From Reclinomonas americana ATCC 50394 (Eukaryota), in NCBI GenBank assembly GCA_048213135.1, contig PS015160.1, forward strand, positions 75,155 to 133,202: a DNA stretch of 58,048 bases. Direction: 5' to 3'. The translations under genes and the position numbers were made by a program. Each line of letters opens with the position of its first letter. Position 1 is the first letter of the stretch. The notes under the pieces were generated by a model. That model worked only from the letters and a program-made list of their open reading frames with translations, was not told the DNA's origin and searched no databases. Positions 1-11,991 of this stretch are shown here, piece by piece.

Positions 1-238
1 GTTGTCGTCGACAGATCGTCACCCCAAGCGGCGTGTTGTCTCACCGCGATCACGCAAGTCGGGATCCAACTGCGCCTCGTCTGTGGCATCGCCGTCGTCC
101 GAGCCAGGACTGCCCGCTCGCTCTGTTGATGGACCACTCATCTGTTCAACAACGTCGAAAACCGAACAAAATTTTACTGTAGTTGTTACACAACAGCGCT
201 GCCTCCAAGTGAGAGACTCATCGCGCACAAAACAAAAC

Positions 239-1267
239 TCACTTGTCTTGCTCAGCGTCCAGATCCCGCAGCATGGCCTCCTCGTACGGACGCGCGTCAA
301 ATCCGAACGGCGAGTAACGCGCCTTAACGCCCGCCAGTGTCTGCGGCGTCCAGTACCGGTGACCGGGAGCGGGGAAACCGAGGGCGGTACGCTGGAACAC
401 GGTGGCGCTCGCCACCAACTTCTCCAACACCTGCTCCTTGCTGTACATGGAGCGCGCCCAGCCAAAGTTCCAGTGCTGGAACCACTCGGCATCGGCACGG
501 CGGTACGACAGATTGACCACCAGCCGCACAGAATCGGGCTTGGTCAGCGCCGTGCCGCGATGCCACGCATCGTGCCGATACAGCAGCACGGTGCCCTTGT
601 GAAACTGCGCCCGCGCCTCCCGCCGGTACAGCTCCTCGCGAAAGTCGGCCACATCGGGAGCGTTCTCACGCAACCACGCCTCCGCCGACGGCTTGTCGTT
701 GATCCACGGCAGCGCACCGGCACCAGGCGTGCGCAGAAACGCCGTCGGTGAGTCATACAATGGATCATCGTCGCCCAAACGTGGCACCACCGCCGTCGCA
801 CCACCCGTTTCCTCCACATCATTCAAATACACAATCATGGCCACAGAGACCGGCTGATGCCACGCCGGCGGCACCACCAGCATGTGGTTCCACCCATCAA
901 TGTGCACGCGCTGCTCACGATTGTCGTAGACGGACGACGAAGAGTCGGAGTAGAACTTGGCCCAGGCATCGCCCTGCGTCAGGCGAATGTCACTGGTGCG
1001 CAGCAGTCGCGCCGCCACACCCATCAGATTGGTGTGCATGCAGAGGCGGTTGACGGCGCCCGGAGTGCCGGCGCCGATAACGGGGAACTCGGCGCCGCCG
1101 AAATCCTTGCGTTTGCGCGCCTCCTCGCCCGCCTCACCAGTGAACATGCCAGTGAGCTCCGCAGCGGCCTCGTCGACCACCTCGGCAGGCAGCAGACCGT
1201 CCACCAGTGCGTACCCGTGATGCCGCCACGAGTGCTCTGCACTCCCGATGTGAGACAAGATGCGCAT
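239..1267 (-). CDS. Phytanoyl-CoA dioxygenase (PhyH) family Fe(II)/2OG dioxygenase, single exon
   Basis: 342-aa ORF. N-terminal HGYALVDGLLP, HxD motif (VHID), GGATAVVP and distal His in KGTVLLYRHDAWHRG with downstream Arg. Confidence 0.85.
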   Translation of the reverse strand: MRILSHIGSAEHSWRHHGYALVDGLLPAEVVDEAAAELTGMFTGEAGEEARKRKDFGGAEFPVIGAGTPGAVNRLCMHTNLMGVAARLLRTSDIRLTQGDAWAKFYSDSSSSVYDNREQRVHIDGWNHMLVVPPAWHQPVSVAMIVYLNDVEETGGATAVVPRLGDDDPLYDSPTAFLRTPGAGALPWINDKPSAEAWLRENAPDVADFREELYRREARAQFHKGTVLLYRHDAWHRGTALTKPDSVRLVVNLSYRRADAEWFQHWNFGWARSMYSKEQVLEKLVASATVFQRTALGFPAPGHRYWTPQTLAGVKARYSPFGFDARPYEEAMLRDLDAEQDK

Positions 1268-1347
1268 GTGAGTGCATGATTTATGACATGCCTTGCTCTG
1301 CGGTGATCACGCGTGTAATGGTCTCGTCGACTTCATCGCTGCCCTCA

Positions 1348-4337
1348 ATGGCCGCACTCGGCACCGCCCACCGCCACTCTCCAGTCTCGGCGACAGCCAT
1401 TTTATTTATATGGTGGACAGCCGTGCTCGCCGTTGAATCGCCAACTGTCCTCTGTCCACGTGTGTGTGTGTGCGTGTGTTGTGTGTCGTGTGTGCATTGT
1501 AAATCGATGACAAACTACTCGCACGGTTTGTCTCTCTTTGTGTGCAAGTAGGCGTGCGTGCGTGTGCGCGCGTGCTTCTCATCTCATTCTGCTCACGTCA
1601 CTTTTTTGCATGCATTCTCGTGTCACACACACTCATGCACTCGCGCGCGCAGTGTACAGCGAGTACAACCGATGGCTGGTGGAACCCGACACGTTTCGCA
1701 CGGGGTTCACGTACATCCAGGTGCGTGCGAGTGAAGCGAGTGAGAGAAGGCATGGCGTTCGTCGCGACTCTCTGTCTGTGTGTGCGTCCACTTTGATCAC
1801 ACACCTTCAATTGGGGTTGTCTCGTCGTGTTCGCTGCATGCATACACACACACTCGGCATTATACACGCACACTCGCCTTTGTACACACGCACACGCATT
1901 CGCTGGTGGTTTGCGCGTCGAAGGTTGTCGTGTGTGTGCGCGATGGCCATGCCCACTCTCTTTTGTGTTTGTGAGTGCAGAAGGGCGACATTGTGCTGTA
2001 CTACTACAGCTGCCACTCGGAGCATGTTGCACAAATGCAGCAGACGATGCCCAATGTCGATCGAAGCTTGTGTCAGCTGCCGTTCAACACGGCACCAACG
2101 CGTGACAATATGCCCCTGCGATGCATTGTTGCGTAAGTGTGTGAAAGAGAGAGGGGGGAGTGAGGGAGTGAGAGAGGGAAGAGAGAAGAAATGATTTGGT
2201 GCATTGCCTGACGAGGAGACAGGTGAACAATGTGGAGTTCGATCACGTGGAGAATGGCGAGTACCTGGTGCAGTACATTACGCTGTCGCCGCTGGAGGAT
2301 CCCACAACGCCCGGGCTGGAGGTGCTCAGCCCGCCTCCGATTTATGACGTTGCGTGTGTGTGGTGTGGGGAGTGGGCCGCTGCTTGGGGGTGCTCATCGT
2401 TTGCGGGTACGAGCAGGAGGCGTACTGGGGGCACATTGCGTACCCGTCGGGGCATCCGAAGCACGCCGACTTTGTCATTCCCTTTGTCGATCTGTTGATA
2501 GAACCAGCGTTCATGGTGTTGGAGAATCCGTTCCGCAACTGTTGCGTTGTGGTGCTGGTCATATGGGGGGACCCAGTGTGAAGAGTGTGCATTCTTATGA
2601 CTTGGTGCGGGCGCGCAGATTTTGTGTCCAATGGCTTCCGCAAGGGCGGGCAGGCAGACGTGTACTTTTTGGAACCCGAAGGTCTCAAGGCGTACCAAGC
2701 ACAAATCACGTACATCAGCGCCACCGAGGACTTCTTGCCGGCGTTCTCTGTCAGGCTTCGATTGTTGCGTGGCTTGTGTCGCGTGGTGTGCAACTATTTG
2801 ATTTGGTGTTGTTGTGTGACGACGCCCCGATGCAGCCCCGGCGAACAAGAAGACCAGCCGTATCACTGGTGGGAGTTGGTGAAGCGCGGCTCAAGACCAA
2901 TACCCGTGCCGTTCTACTCGCAGCGTTGCGTGGCTGTGGGAGGGGGAGTAGGAGGAAGAAGGAGGAGGGAGGGAGAGATGGGAGGGAGAAGGGTGGGAGC
3001 AGGGTGGGCAGAAGANNNNNNNNNNNNNNNNNNNNNNNNNNNNNNNNNNNNNNNNNNNNNNNNNNNNNNNNNNNNNNNNNNNNNNNNNNNNNNNNNNNNN
3101 NNNNNNNNNNNNNNNNNNNNNNNNNNNNNNNNNNNNNNNNNNNNNNNNNNNNNNNNNNNNNNNNNNNNNNNNNNNNNNNNNNNNNNNNNNNNNNNNNNNN
3201 NNNNNNNNNNNNNNNNNNNNNNNNNNNNNNNNNNNNNNNNNNNNNNNNNNNNNNNNNNNNNNNNNNNNNNNNNNNNNNNNNNNNNNNNNNNNNNNNNNNN
3301 NNNNNNNNNNNNNNNNNNNNNNNNNNNNNNNNNNNNNNNNNNNNNNNNNNNNNNNNNNNNNNNNNNNNNNNNNNNNNNNNNNNNNNNNNNNNNNNNNNNN
3401 NNNNNNNNNNNNNNNNNNNNNNNNNNNNNNNNNNNGCAGCCGCAGCGGCAGCTGCGGCGGCGGCGGCGGCGGCGGCGGCCTCAGGGTGGGACGGCTCGGT
3501 GGATGAGCATGAACAGTATCGCGATAGTGCGACGGTGAGGAGGGAGAAAAGGGGGAAGGGAGGGGTAAGGAAGGGGAAAGAGAGTATGCGTGATTCTGTG
3601 TGGGTGTGGGTGTGGGGAGGTTTTGTTGGGGTGTGTACGTGCGTATGTTTGTGAGTAGATGTGTTCGCGTGTGTGCGTGTGAGTGTGTGTGAAAGTGAGC
3701 GTGTGTGTAGAGTGTGCGTTGTGTGTGTATGTTTGCGAGTGGGCGTGTTCGCGTGTGTGCGTGTGGTTGCAAATTGGGTGTGGGAACGTCTGTGAGTGAG
3801 TGTTTGTTGGTTTGTTGTGTACTGGTGAGCTTGTCTGCATTTCTGTCTGTAGGTGTGCGTATGTTTGCGGATTGTCTGTGGGCACGTGTGTGAGTGAGTG
3901 AGTGAGTGTTTGTTTGTTTATGTATGTGTAAAAGAGTGTTTGCAGTTCAGTCTGTTACTGTGCGTATGTTTGCGGATTGTCTATAGGCACGTGTGTGAGT
4001 GTTTGCTTGTTTGCTTGTGCGTGTAAGCGTATCTGTATTTCAGTCTGTTGGTGTGCGCATGTTGCGTGTTTGCGGGCTTGTGAGTGTCGTGTGTTTACAA
4101 GTATGTTTTGACTCCGCCTGCATGTGCGCTCACCCACTTTTTTTGTCGACGCAGCGCCACTTGGAGACGCTGCGCGGCGCTCTCGCATTCATGTCATACT
4201 CGCCGGAGAACTTCCGCAAGATTGTCACCATCGAGGCCATGATGGCCGAGTGCCTGGAGACTCTCGGCTTCCAGCCCTCGCGCATGACTGGTCGCCCACG
4301 CTCCGGCGGTGGTGCGGGTGTGGGGAAGCGGAAGTGA
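1348..4337 (+). CDS. Multi-exon hypothetical protein, possibly secreted; partly in an N-gap
   Basis: GT-AG exons join in frame: about 1348-1459 (hydrophobic N-terminus), 1653-1720, 2223-2321, 2417-2540, 2619-2743, 2836-2924. After the gap, 3436-3534 and 4155-4337 (TGA). Linkage across the gap is assumed. Confidence 0.6.
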
Positions 4338-6061
4338 GTTGTGATGGAGATCGTTGAAGAAGGGAGAGAATAGGCAGTGAGAGGATGAAAAAAAACGGGA
4401 AGAGAAGAAAAGGTGGAGAATTAGTGCTGGGTCGGAAATGAAATCTGTGATGGCGAAACACGAAAGGGGGGAGAGAGAAGGTGCGAGAGCATGCCGTGTT
4501 GCAGCAATTCGTCCGTCGAACGAATCACACGTTCGCCATGTGGTCGAGCACTACCGCGTGTGGTACAGAGCAACGAATAGCGATCACGAGTGGACGGCGA
4601 AGACGGGCCATGCCGATGACCAGAATACCGATTCCGGTTTGTATGGTCTTTGTTGACGCGGCGTGTCGAATTCGTTTTGTTTGCGTGTGTGGCGGGTGCA
4701 CGTATCAATAGATCTGCGACTAGTATCTTCACGGTGTCTGCTGTTGCACAAGTGTTGCTGCTTGGCGATGAGATCGATCGAAACGGAATTCGCCATCGAT
4801 TTCGAGTTCATGATCAGCGGACGAGCACTCTTGGTTTCAATGCTGGAGCAATCCCTTCTCGCACACGGTAATAATCGCAATGAGGCCGTACACTGGTCAA
4901 CCACGCTTGTGCGGTGAAGATCGCAGTTGTCGACTTGTTCGGAGCTCCGAGAGCGAATTCGAACGCACACACACAAGGAACCTGCTGCTTCCTCAAGATT
5001 GGTGTTTGTGTTGATGTTTTGGATTCGGTTGAACTTGGTCATCAAGACAGCTGTTGCTTGTTTGTTGGTGACTGAATTTGTTGTTATCAAGCCAGGGGCG
5101 ATGAGACGATCGCGATCGCCATGTCCAGCAGCCGACAACGGATCCGGATCAGAAATCGTTGCATCATTCGCGATCGACATGTATTACGCTGGTACTCTGC
5201 CTTTCTGGTCCTTGTTATCCTAGGAGGCATCACGTTCGTCAGCCTCCGGCTCTCTATTATAATGGATGATCTCCAGCAAGTTCGAGTTGATCATGAATTT
5301 TTTCAAGTGGGCGATATCGATTTTCATCTGGATCCATCGACAGCAGGTCAAAGTCGACTTCCACCTCCCGCAGCACCACATGATCCATAATATTTTCACG
5401 CTTCATTCCACCAATCGCCACGGAGTAAGTGCGGCTCGACATTGACCGAAAACTGGCTTCGTGAAACGTTCCGTTATTGCGGTCGACCAATCGCCACATC
5501 GCGCGTGCCTTCTCCTTCTCACCCCCTCCCCATTCCGCCCATCCCACCACCAGCAGAGCACCACCAAGCGCATTTTCTTATCCTCGGTATATGACCAATA
5601 ACCGCACCGACATGAAAACCGCACGAAACGAAAAAAGAAAAGCATTGGACAGCACGTCGCGAGCACGCACCGTCCGGCAATTTTTCAGTGACGCATCCAT
5701 CCACCCCACATCGGCAGAGTGCGCACGGCGCGTGTGAAGGAAACAGAGTGACTGTGTGTGTGCGTACGAGAGGATGGACGGACTCGCGAGAGTGAAACAA
5801 TCCAAGGAGCGCAGGCCTTCGCTTCGTTGCGTACAAAAAACGACTTTTTTTCTCACTCTCTCTCCATGTCTCTCTCTTCTGTTGCGCGTGTGTTTTCTTT
5901 GTGTGTATCTCTTGTCTCTCCCTTAAAGTGTGTGTGCGTGTGTGTGCGAGCGAGTGAGCGAAAAAAGAAAAAGAGAGAGGCGTGGGGCATTGGCCATCTG
6001 CCTCTCGCTTGTCGCACTTTCTTTTCGCCGCCCCTCAGTCATGGCACGCGCGATACTGATC

Positions 6062-8029
6062 ATGACTCCCCCCCTCCCCCATACAGGCGATCCAGCAAAG
6101 AGCCCCTCGGTGAGCACACGCCGCCACACAACGTGTTGTCACACGCGATCTTACTTTTTTGTGTTGCTCAGCACCATCACGCTTCTGGATCTGGATCATT
6201 CTCCGCCGTCAATGGCAACCTCCTCGCCTCGCCATCCTCTGGCTCCTCAGCCGCCGCTGCTGCAGCTGCCGCTGCGGCCGCTGCCGCCGCAGCCGCTGCA
6301 CCAGTACAGCAGCTGCCACCACCGCCGCCACCACCAGCACAAGATAAAACAGCTGCCGCAGGCTCAGCGGCCGCGCCCCCGGCTTCTGCTGCTGCAGGAG
6401 CACCGCGGCACAGTAAGAAGTACGCGGCGCAGAAGATTGCCGGCAAGGGCGCCTTTGGCACCGTCTACATTGCCGTCGCCGAGGACACGGGCGAGAAGGT
6501 CAGTGTGTGTGCTAAAAGAGTCGATCGACCATGTCGCGCGCCATGTTTTTTTCGTGTTGTTCTCAACACCCCGCGTCTCCCCCGCTCGTGCTCGTGCTCA
6601 GGTCGCCATCAAGAAGGTGTTGCAGGATGAGAGGTTCAAGGTGAGCCTTTGTCGTCGCGGTATCTTTTGCACTCTCTCTTTTTGTTTGCTTGTCTTTTTT
6701 TTTCTCGCTGGTGGCGGTGGCGCGTCGTGCGGGCGCCAGTGTGCGCGCGCGTGTGTGTGCTGTGTGCGTGTGTGAAGAGAGTTGGCTCTTGGTGGTGGCA
6801 TGGCTGACATTGCGCACTTTGTGTGTTTTCGCTCCGTGGCTTTTGGCTCTTGTCACGCGCACTCTTCCTCTCGCTCGCTCTCCCCCTCCCACGTTCACTC
6901 TTTTGACGTGTGTGTGTGTGTCGCCATCGGTGTTATTCCGTGGGGTGTGCGCGCATGTTTGTGTTTACCGCATTTGGAAGTCGGCGGCATCTTCAATCAC
7001 GCACGCACGCTCTCTCCTCATCGTGACGCATTCCATTCCCTTTGCCCCATCGATGTAATGGGTTGCCTGTTCACTTCAACTGCGTTCCCTTTTTCGTATC
7101 TTCTTCTATGGCCGCCATCCGGAGTCGTCTAATTGCTCACTTTTCACGCAACNNNNNNNNNNNNNNNNNNNNTTTGAGTTCAAATCCATCCGCAATGCCT
7201 CACGCTCTCGCACCCTCTCAATCATTACCTTCTTGGAGTTCTGTGAGTAGAAGCTGTGTTCCATGTGCACCACATTCGGGTGATTCAGCTCCTGCATGAT
7301 CTCCAGCTCGCGATTCTGCGTGCGCNNNNNNNNNNNNNNNNNNNNGCACGCACGCCTGCCATCAATCTCCACACCACTCGCTCACCTCTCTCACGCGCTC
7401 CGCAGATTCTCGGCACCCCGACGCCTGCTCAACTCCAGGTGTTGAATCCCAAGGTGCCGGAGAACAAGTTCCCGGTGGTGAAGGGCAAGAGCTGGGACAA
7501 GGTGTTGCCGGCAAGTGCGCCGCCAGAGGCCTGCGACCTGATGCACCAGTTCATGCAGTATGCGCCCGAGGACCGCATCACCGCCGTCGAGGTTTGTTCC
7601 ATCGCTCTCACCCTCCCTTTGCCTCGATATGGAGACTCACCCCATCACATTCACCAGGCGCTCGCGCATCCCTTCTTTGAGGAGCTGCGAGACCCGCGCA
7701 CGGTGCTGCCCAATGGCCAGCCGCTGCCTCCGGTCTTTGACTTCACCGACCAAGGTGATTGACTTGCACCACCTCCGCACCATCCCTACGTTGTCGCCGT
7801 TCCTCACTCTCATCTCACAGAGCTCTCGCAATGCTCGGACGAGCTCCGTGAGCACTTGTTGACAATCTCACGCTCGGTGATGTCCATGGACAGCGCCGCC
7901 GGCTCCTCGACCGCCTCACCCGATCGCGACTTGTGCGACCAATTGTCGTCCTCGCTCCGCATTCAGCAAGTCAGTGCGAGCAGGGTCGCGACCGCCTCCG
8001 GTTCTCGGCCCACCGACAGCACCTACTAA
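6062..8029 (+). CDS. GSK3: Glycogen synthase kinase-3/shaggy-like kinase; central subdomains missing from the assembly, start uncertain
   Basis: GKGAFGTVY...GEK|VAIKKVLQDERFK|NRELEIM (this exon is on the minus strand, 7229-7315), then ILGTPT...ALAHPFFEELRDP...LPNGQPLPPVFDF; TAA at 8027-8029. Confidence 0.9.
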
Positions 8030-8769
8030 GCGGTGGCGTCTGTCGGTGGTTGGGCATGAGAGGGTGGAGGATATGGGCGTGAGGGGTGGAGTGGGCTGGT
8101 TGGTGTGGTGTGTGTGTGTGTGTGTGCGCGCGCAAGCGCGTGAGGCTCGGAGGCGGAGATGAGGATGGGATAATTGACGAGTGTGACGACGAGGAAGTCG
8201 AGGAGAGAAGGATGTGTGGGAGCGTGTGGGCGGCTGTGGAAGACGACGGTGGAGGAGAACGAATGGAGGCACGAAAAATGCGAGCGTGGAGGGGCGGACG
8301 AACGACCTGTGGAGGTCGCTTTTCGCCCCAGCCATTGTTGCTCGGCCCTCCTGTTCTCTCCTCCTCTCGCAGTTTTTCTCGCATTGTTGCTGCTCAGGCG
8401 TTCTTCTTGCATTTCCTGTTGTATGCTCTTCTTCGTTTTCTTGTTGCCGACATGGTGCATGCGTTTGCGTGTCTTGTGTCGCGCTCGGGCCCGTCCTCTT
8501 ATTTTTGTCTGTTTGTCTCGTGCATGTGTGTGTGTGTGTGCGTGTGTGTGTTGTTAGGCTTTTTGCCGTGTGTATCGGTGCTGTTATGAGTGGAATGCTT
8601 TTTGCTGCAACCGCTGCTGAATGCTGACGGAGAGGGAGAAAGAGATGAAGAGAAAAGAGAGAGAGAGAGAGCACGAGACTCTCTCGCTCACCACCCAACT
8701 CGTCAACAGTGCGGCTGTTTTTGGTGATTTGTGCGTGTGGAGTCAAGGAAAATTGTAAGTTGATAGTTT

Positions 8770-10686
8770 TCATGCCACACCCTCCGAAGTTCTTTCAGTG
8801 TTAGGCGCCGCGCCCGTAGCAGGTGGCTGAGTAGAGGAGGCGGGGACAGGCCGGTTGGCGGCTGCGAGAAGCATGCGAGCCAGCTCGTGGTGGCCGGCGG
8901 CTGCGGCCACAGTTGCCGGTGTCATCCACGATTGTCGTCGTTCGGGTTCGGCCGCCGGTGCATTCGCGGATGTGGCGGCAGCTCCGGTGGTGGTGGCTGT
9001 AGTCGGTGCAACTGGAGCACCGGGAAGTGTGGGTGACGGCAGGCGACTGGCGTACATCGTCGACACGGATGCCGCAGTATGGCTGCCGTGCGCGGCAGCG
9101 GGCATGCGGGCTTGTCGATTGACATCGGCACCGCGCGCAAGGAGCATCTCCACAATGGCGGTGTGATTCTTGGCCGCGGCCACCATCAACGGCGTCACAC
9201 CACTCGCCAGTCCCTCGTCGACGCCGATATCAGTGTGCTGCAACAGGTATTCCACCACCGCCGTCTGTCCACCCTGGCAGGCCACAAACAACGGATTGCC
9301 GCCGACATCGCACAGGCCGCGATGCACGTCGGCACCGGCCTCCACCAGCAGCCGCACGCACTCCAGATGACCGTACTCGGCACACACCATGAGCGCCGAC
9401 GCCCCGTTACCGTGACTCTGATTTACGTTTACTGCAAGTGGCGCGTGGCGGTGAGCTCCACATGGATAAACACAAGCGACGGTGACGATAACAGCGAACC
9501 GTGTTGCTCCAGCAAGTAGGCGCAGACATTGGCGTGACCATTCTGGCAGGCGGCAAAGAGCGCACCAGCGGTCCCGTTTCCGAGCATCACGTGATGCACA
9601 TCGGCGCCGTGTGCCACCAGGAAGCGACACATGTCGAGGTAGCCACCGTCAGCCGCCACCATCAGCGGCGAGCTGCCGGCGGCCGTCACCACATTCACAT
9701 TGGCGTGGCACTCCTCCACCAAATACTGCACCACCGGCAAGTGTCCCTGCTGACAACTCGAAAACAGCGGCGTCACTGCATCGCCACGTGAGCCTTCAAT
9801 CACTCACGCCTGTACGCAAAAACGACGCGCCACCACCCACCTCCCTGCGAGTCGGCCACATCCGGCGTGGCCCTGCCCAGCGTCACCAGCAACCGAACGC
9901 ACTCCAGATGCCCGTGATACGCCGCCATGTGCAGCGACGTGACACCGCCCGCCTGCCCCGCTCCACTCACCGGCACATCCCATCGCGCACCCCGCCTCAA
10001 CAGCAACTCCACGCACTCTGCATGACCTCGCATCGCCGCTCGAAACAGCGGGGTTCCACCTCGTGCCTCTGGAAGACACAGCAGTCAGTCAGTCGCTGAG
10101 GCAAAGACGACGATCTGTGTGAGGCAGCAAAGACCTGCTGCGCTCTTGGGCGTGGCCACTGGTGCACCAGCCTCCAACAGCAACTGCACCATCGCCGTGT
10201 GCCCTCGCGAGCATGCCAAGTACATGGCCGATCGATCGGACCCATCGCGCGCCACACTCGCCTTGAGCGTGTTATCAGCAACAGACTTACAGCTCCCGCC
10301 TTTCGCCGAACACACTCACCAGTCGCTTGTTCCTGTGCAACATGGCTCTCACTGTGGCCTCGTTGCCGCTCTGCACGGCCTCCAGCAACTGACGAACTTC
10401 AGTGGCAGTGCGCGTGGCACTGTCCGCAAAGGCCGATGCCTTGGCCGCGCTCACCAGCGGCACAGGACCGGGAGAGAGAGGCAGCTCGTTGTGACTGTGT
10501 CGAAGTTGACGTCGACGATCGGCGTAGGGAACAATGGTGTGCTGTTGACAGCAGGCTGAGTGTTTGATTGAGAGAGTGAGTGGCGGTTGAAAGAGAAATC
10601 GATTTCCCTCAGAGTGAGAAAGTGAGTGCGTGAGCGCGTGTGAGTGTGAGTGAGTGGTGTGTACGTGGAGGCACACCGTTTCCCAT
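8770..10686 (-). CDS. Ankyrin-repeat protein with a predicted MGNACC N-terminus
   Basis: Many ankyrin repeats (TPLFSSCQQGHLPVVQYLV, SPLMVAADGGYLDMCRFLV, TPLMVAAAKNHTAIVEMLL) across GT-AG exons. Exon 1 at 10686-10677 is inferred from phase. Confidence 0.85.
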
Positions 10687-11037
10687 TGGCGTTGTTTGAA
10701 TCGTCTTTTCTCGCGTCTCGCGACAAGATCACACTGGCAATGCGTGTCCCGCACCACAGATATCGAACCGACGTGCGGGTGTGGTTGAAGGCGTGTGTGT
10801 TCTCGCGACACTTGCGGATGAATCGCTGTATGTCGGCGATAAACTATATGCCCAAACGCGGTGAGTGGTGCGAGGCGCAAAATTCACTCAACACCTTTTC
10901 GTTGTCTTCGACGTCGAGATCCACACTATCAAGTGGTCGCTCACTTCTAGCTGTCGTGTGCTACTACTCTTTCTCCGTACGGCCCCCGTTGCGTGAGAAA
11001 GAGACCAAATAAAGCCCAAATCTGCTGATTATTATTA

Positions 11038-11938
11038 TTATGTAGCAGCACCTTCGCCATTAGCCCTCATCGCTCCATCACCCTCCGCAGCCATAACAAC
11101 GTCGGATGCTAGTGGTGGTTGTGCAGGAGGAGGAGGAGGCGGTGGTGGAGGCGGTGGAGGAGCAGGTGGCAAAGGACGAGGTGGACCAGCGTACTCGGCC
11201 TGCAACGCCACCAGCAGCTGCGAGCGCTGCGCCTCCGACAACCTGCGTATGCGAGCCAGCAGCTCCCGCGCCTCTGCATCTATCACCGGCACCTCCTTGG
11301 GCTTACTCCGCTGCCGCGCCAGCACCAAAAACGGTTCCGAAGTCAACACAAACTGCGCCTGCGGTCGCCTCCCCGTGGCCGGCGGCTGCTGCTCATACAC
11401 GCTAATCTCCAAGTGAAACGGTGCCTCCGCGTGCCGCTTACTGGTGGTGTTGAAGCGAAACGATAGCTCCACTGCCAGCTCGCCGTCTGCCTCGCGCACG
11501 ACCAAGCCCGCCTGCAAGCAATCGCCCACTAGCCCGCGTTGCGACTCCTCCAGCCCCGCCTTGTGCGTCGGCACCAGTCGCCCACTGGCATGGTTCACCA
11601 AGTCCACCTTCACAACACACAATGAGCACAGAGGAGAGAGAGACTCTGCGCGAGCGTGACTCTCTCACCATTGCCCACCAGCCTGCGTGCTGCATCGCTG
11701 GTGGATCGCCACGCACGCGCACTCGCACAGTGTACACAGCAGTGGCCACCAACTCACTCTCCAGGCGTCGTGAGAAGACGCCTTCTGCGCGATTTCGTCG
11801 GCAACATCGTACTTGACATGACGCCTGTGTGCGCGCGTGAGTCAAGCGCGTGAGACACGCTGTGCACGCACACAGGCAGACCTGCATGTGGTGCAGCGCG
11901 AACATGCTGCTGCTGGTGGCCTGCACGGACCACGCCAT
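11038..11938 (-). CDS. Three-exon protein, putative Ig-fold (CudA/STAT-like) DNA-binding protein with a Pro-rich tail
   Basis: Exons join in frame. Motif LSFRFNTTSKRHAEAPFHLEI...SEPFLVLARQR. The family call is resemblance only. Confidence 0.55.
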
Positions 11939-11991
11939 CGTGTAGTGAGACTGTTGACAAAGCGAGCAGCATTCTGTCACCACTCACACTC

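Noticed and set aside
7173-7325. Trans-splicing or gene scrambling as the main explanation for inverted exons
   Set aside because: Both inverted segments coincide exactly with gap-bounded contigs, so misorientation is simpler.
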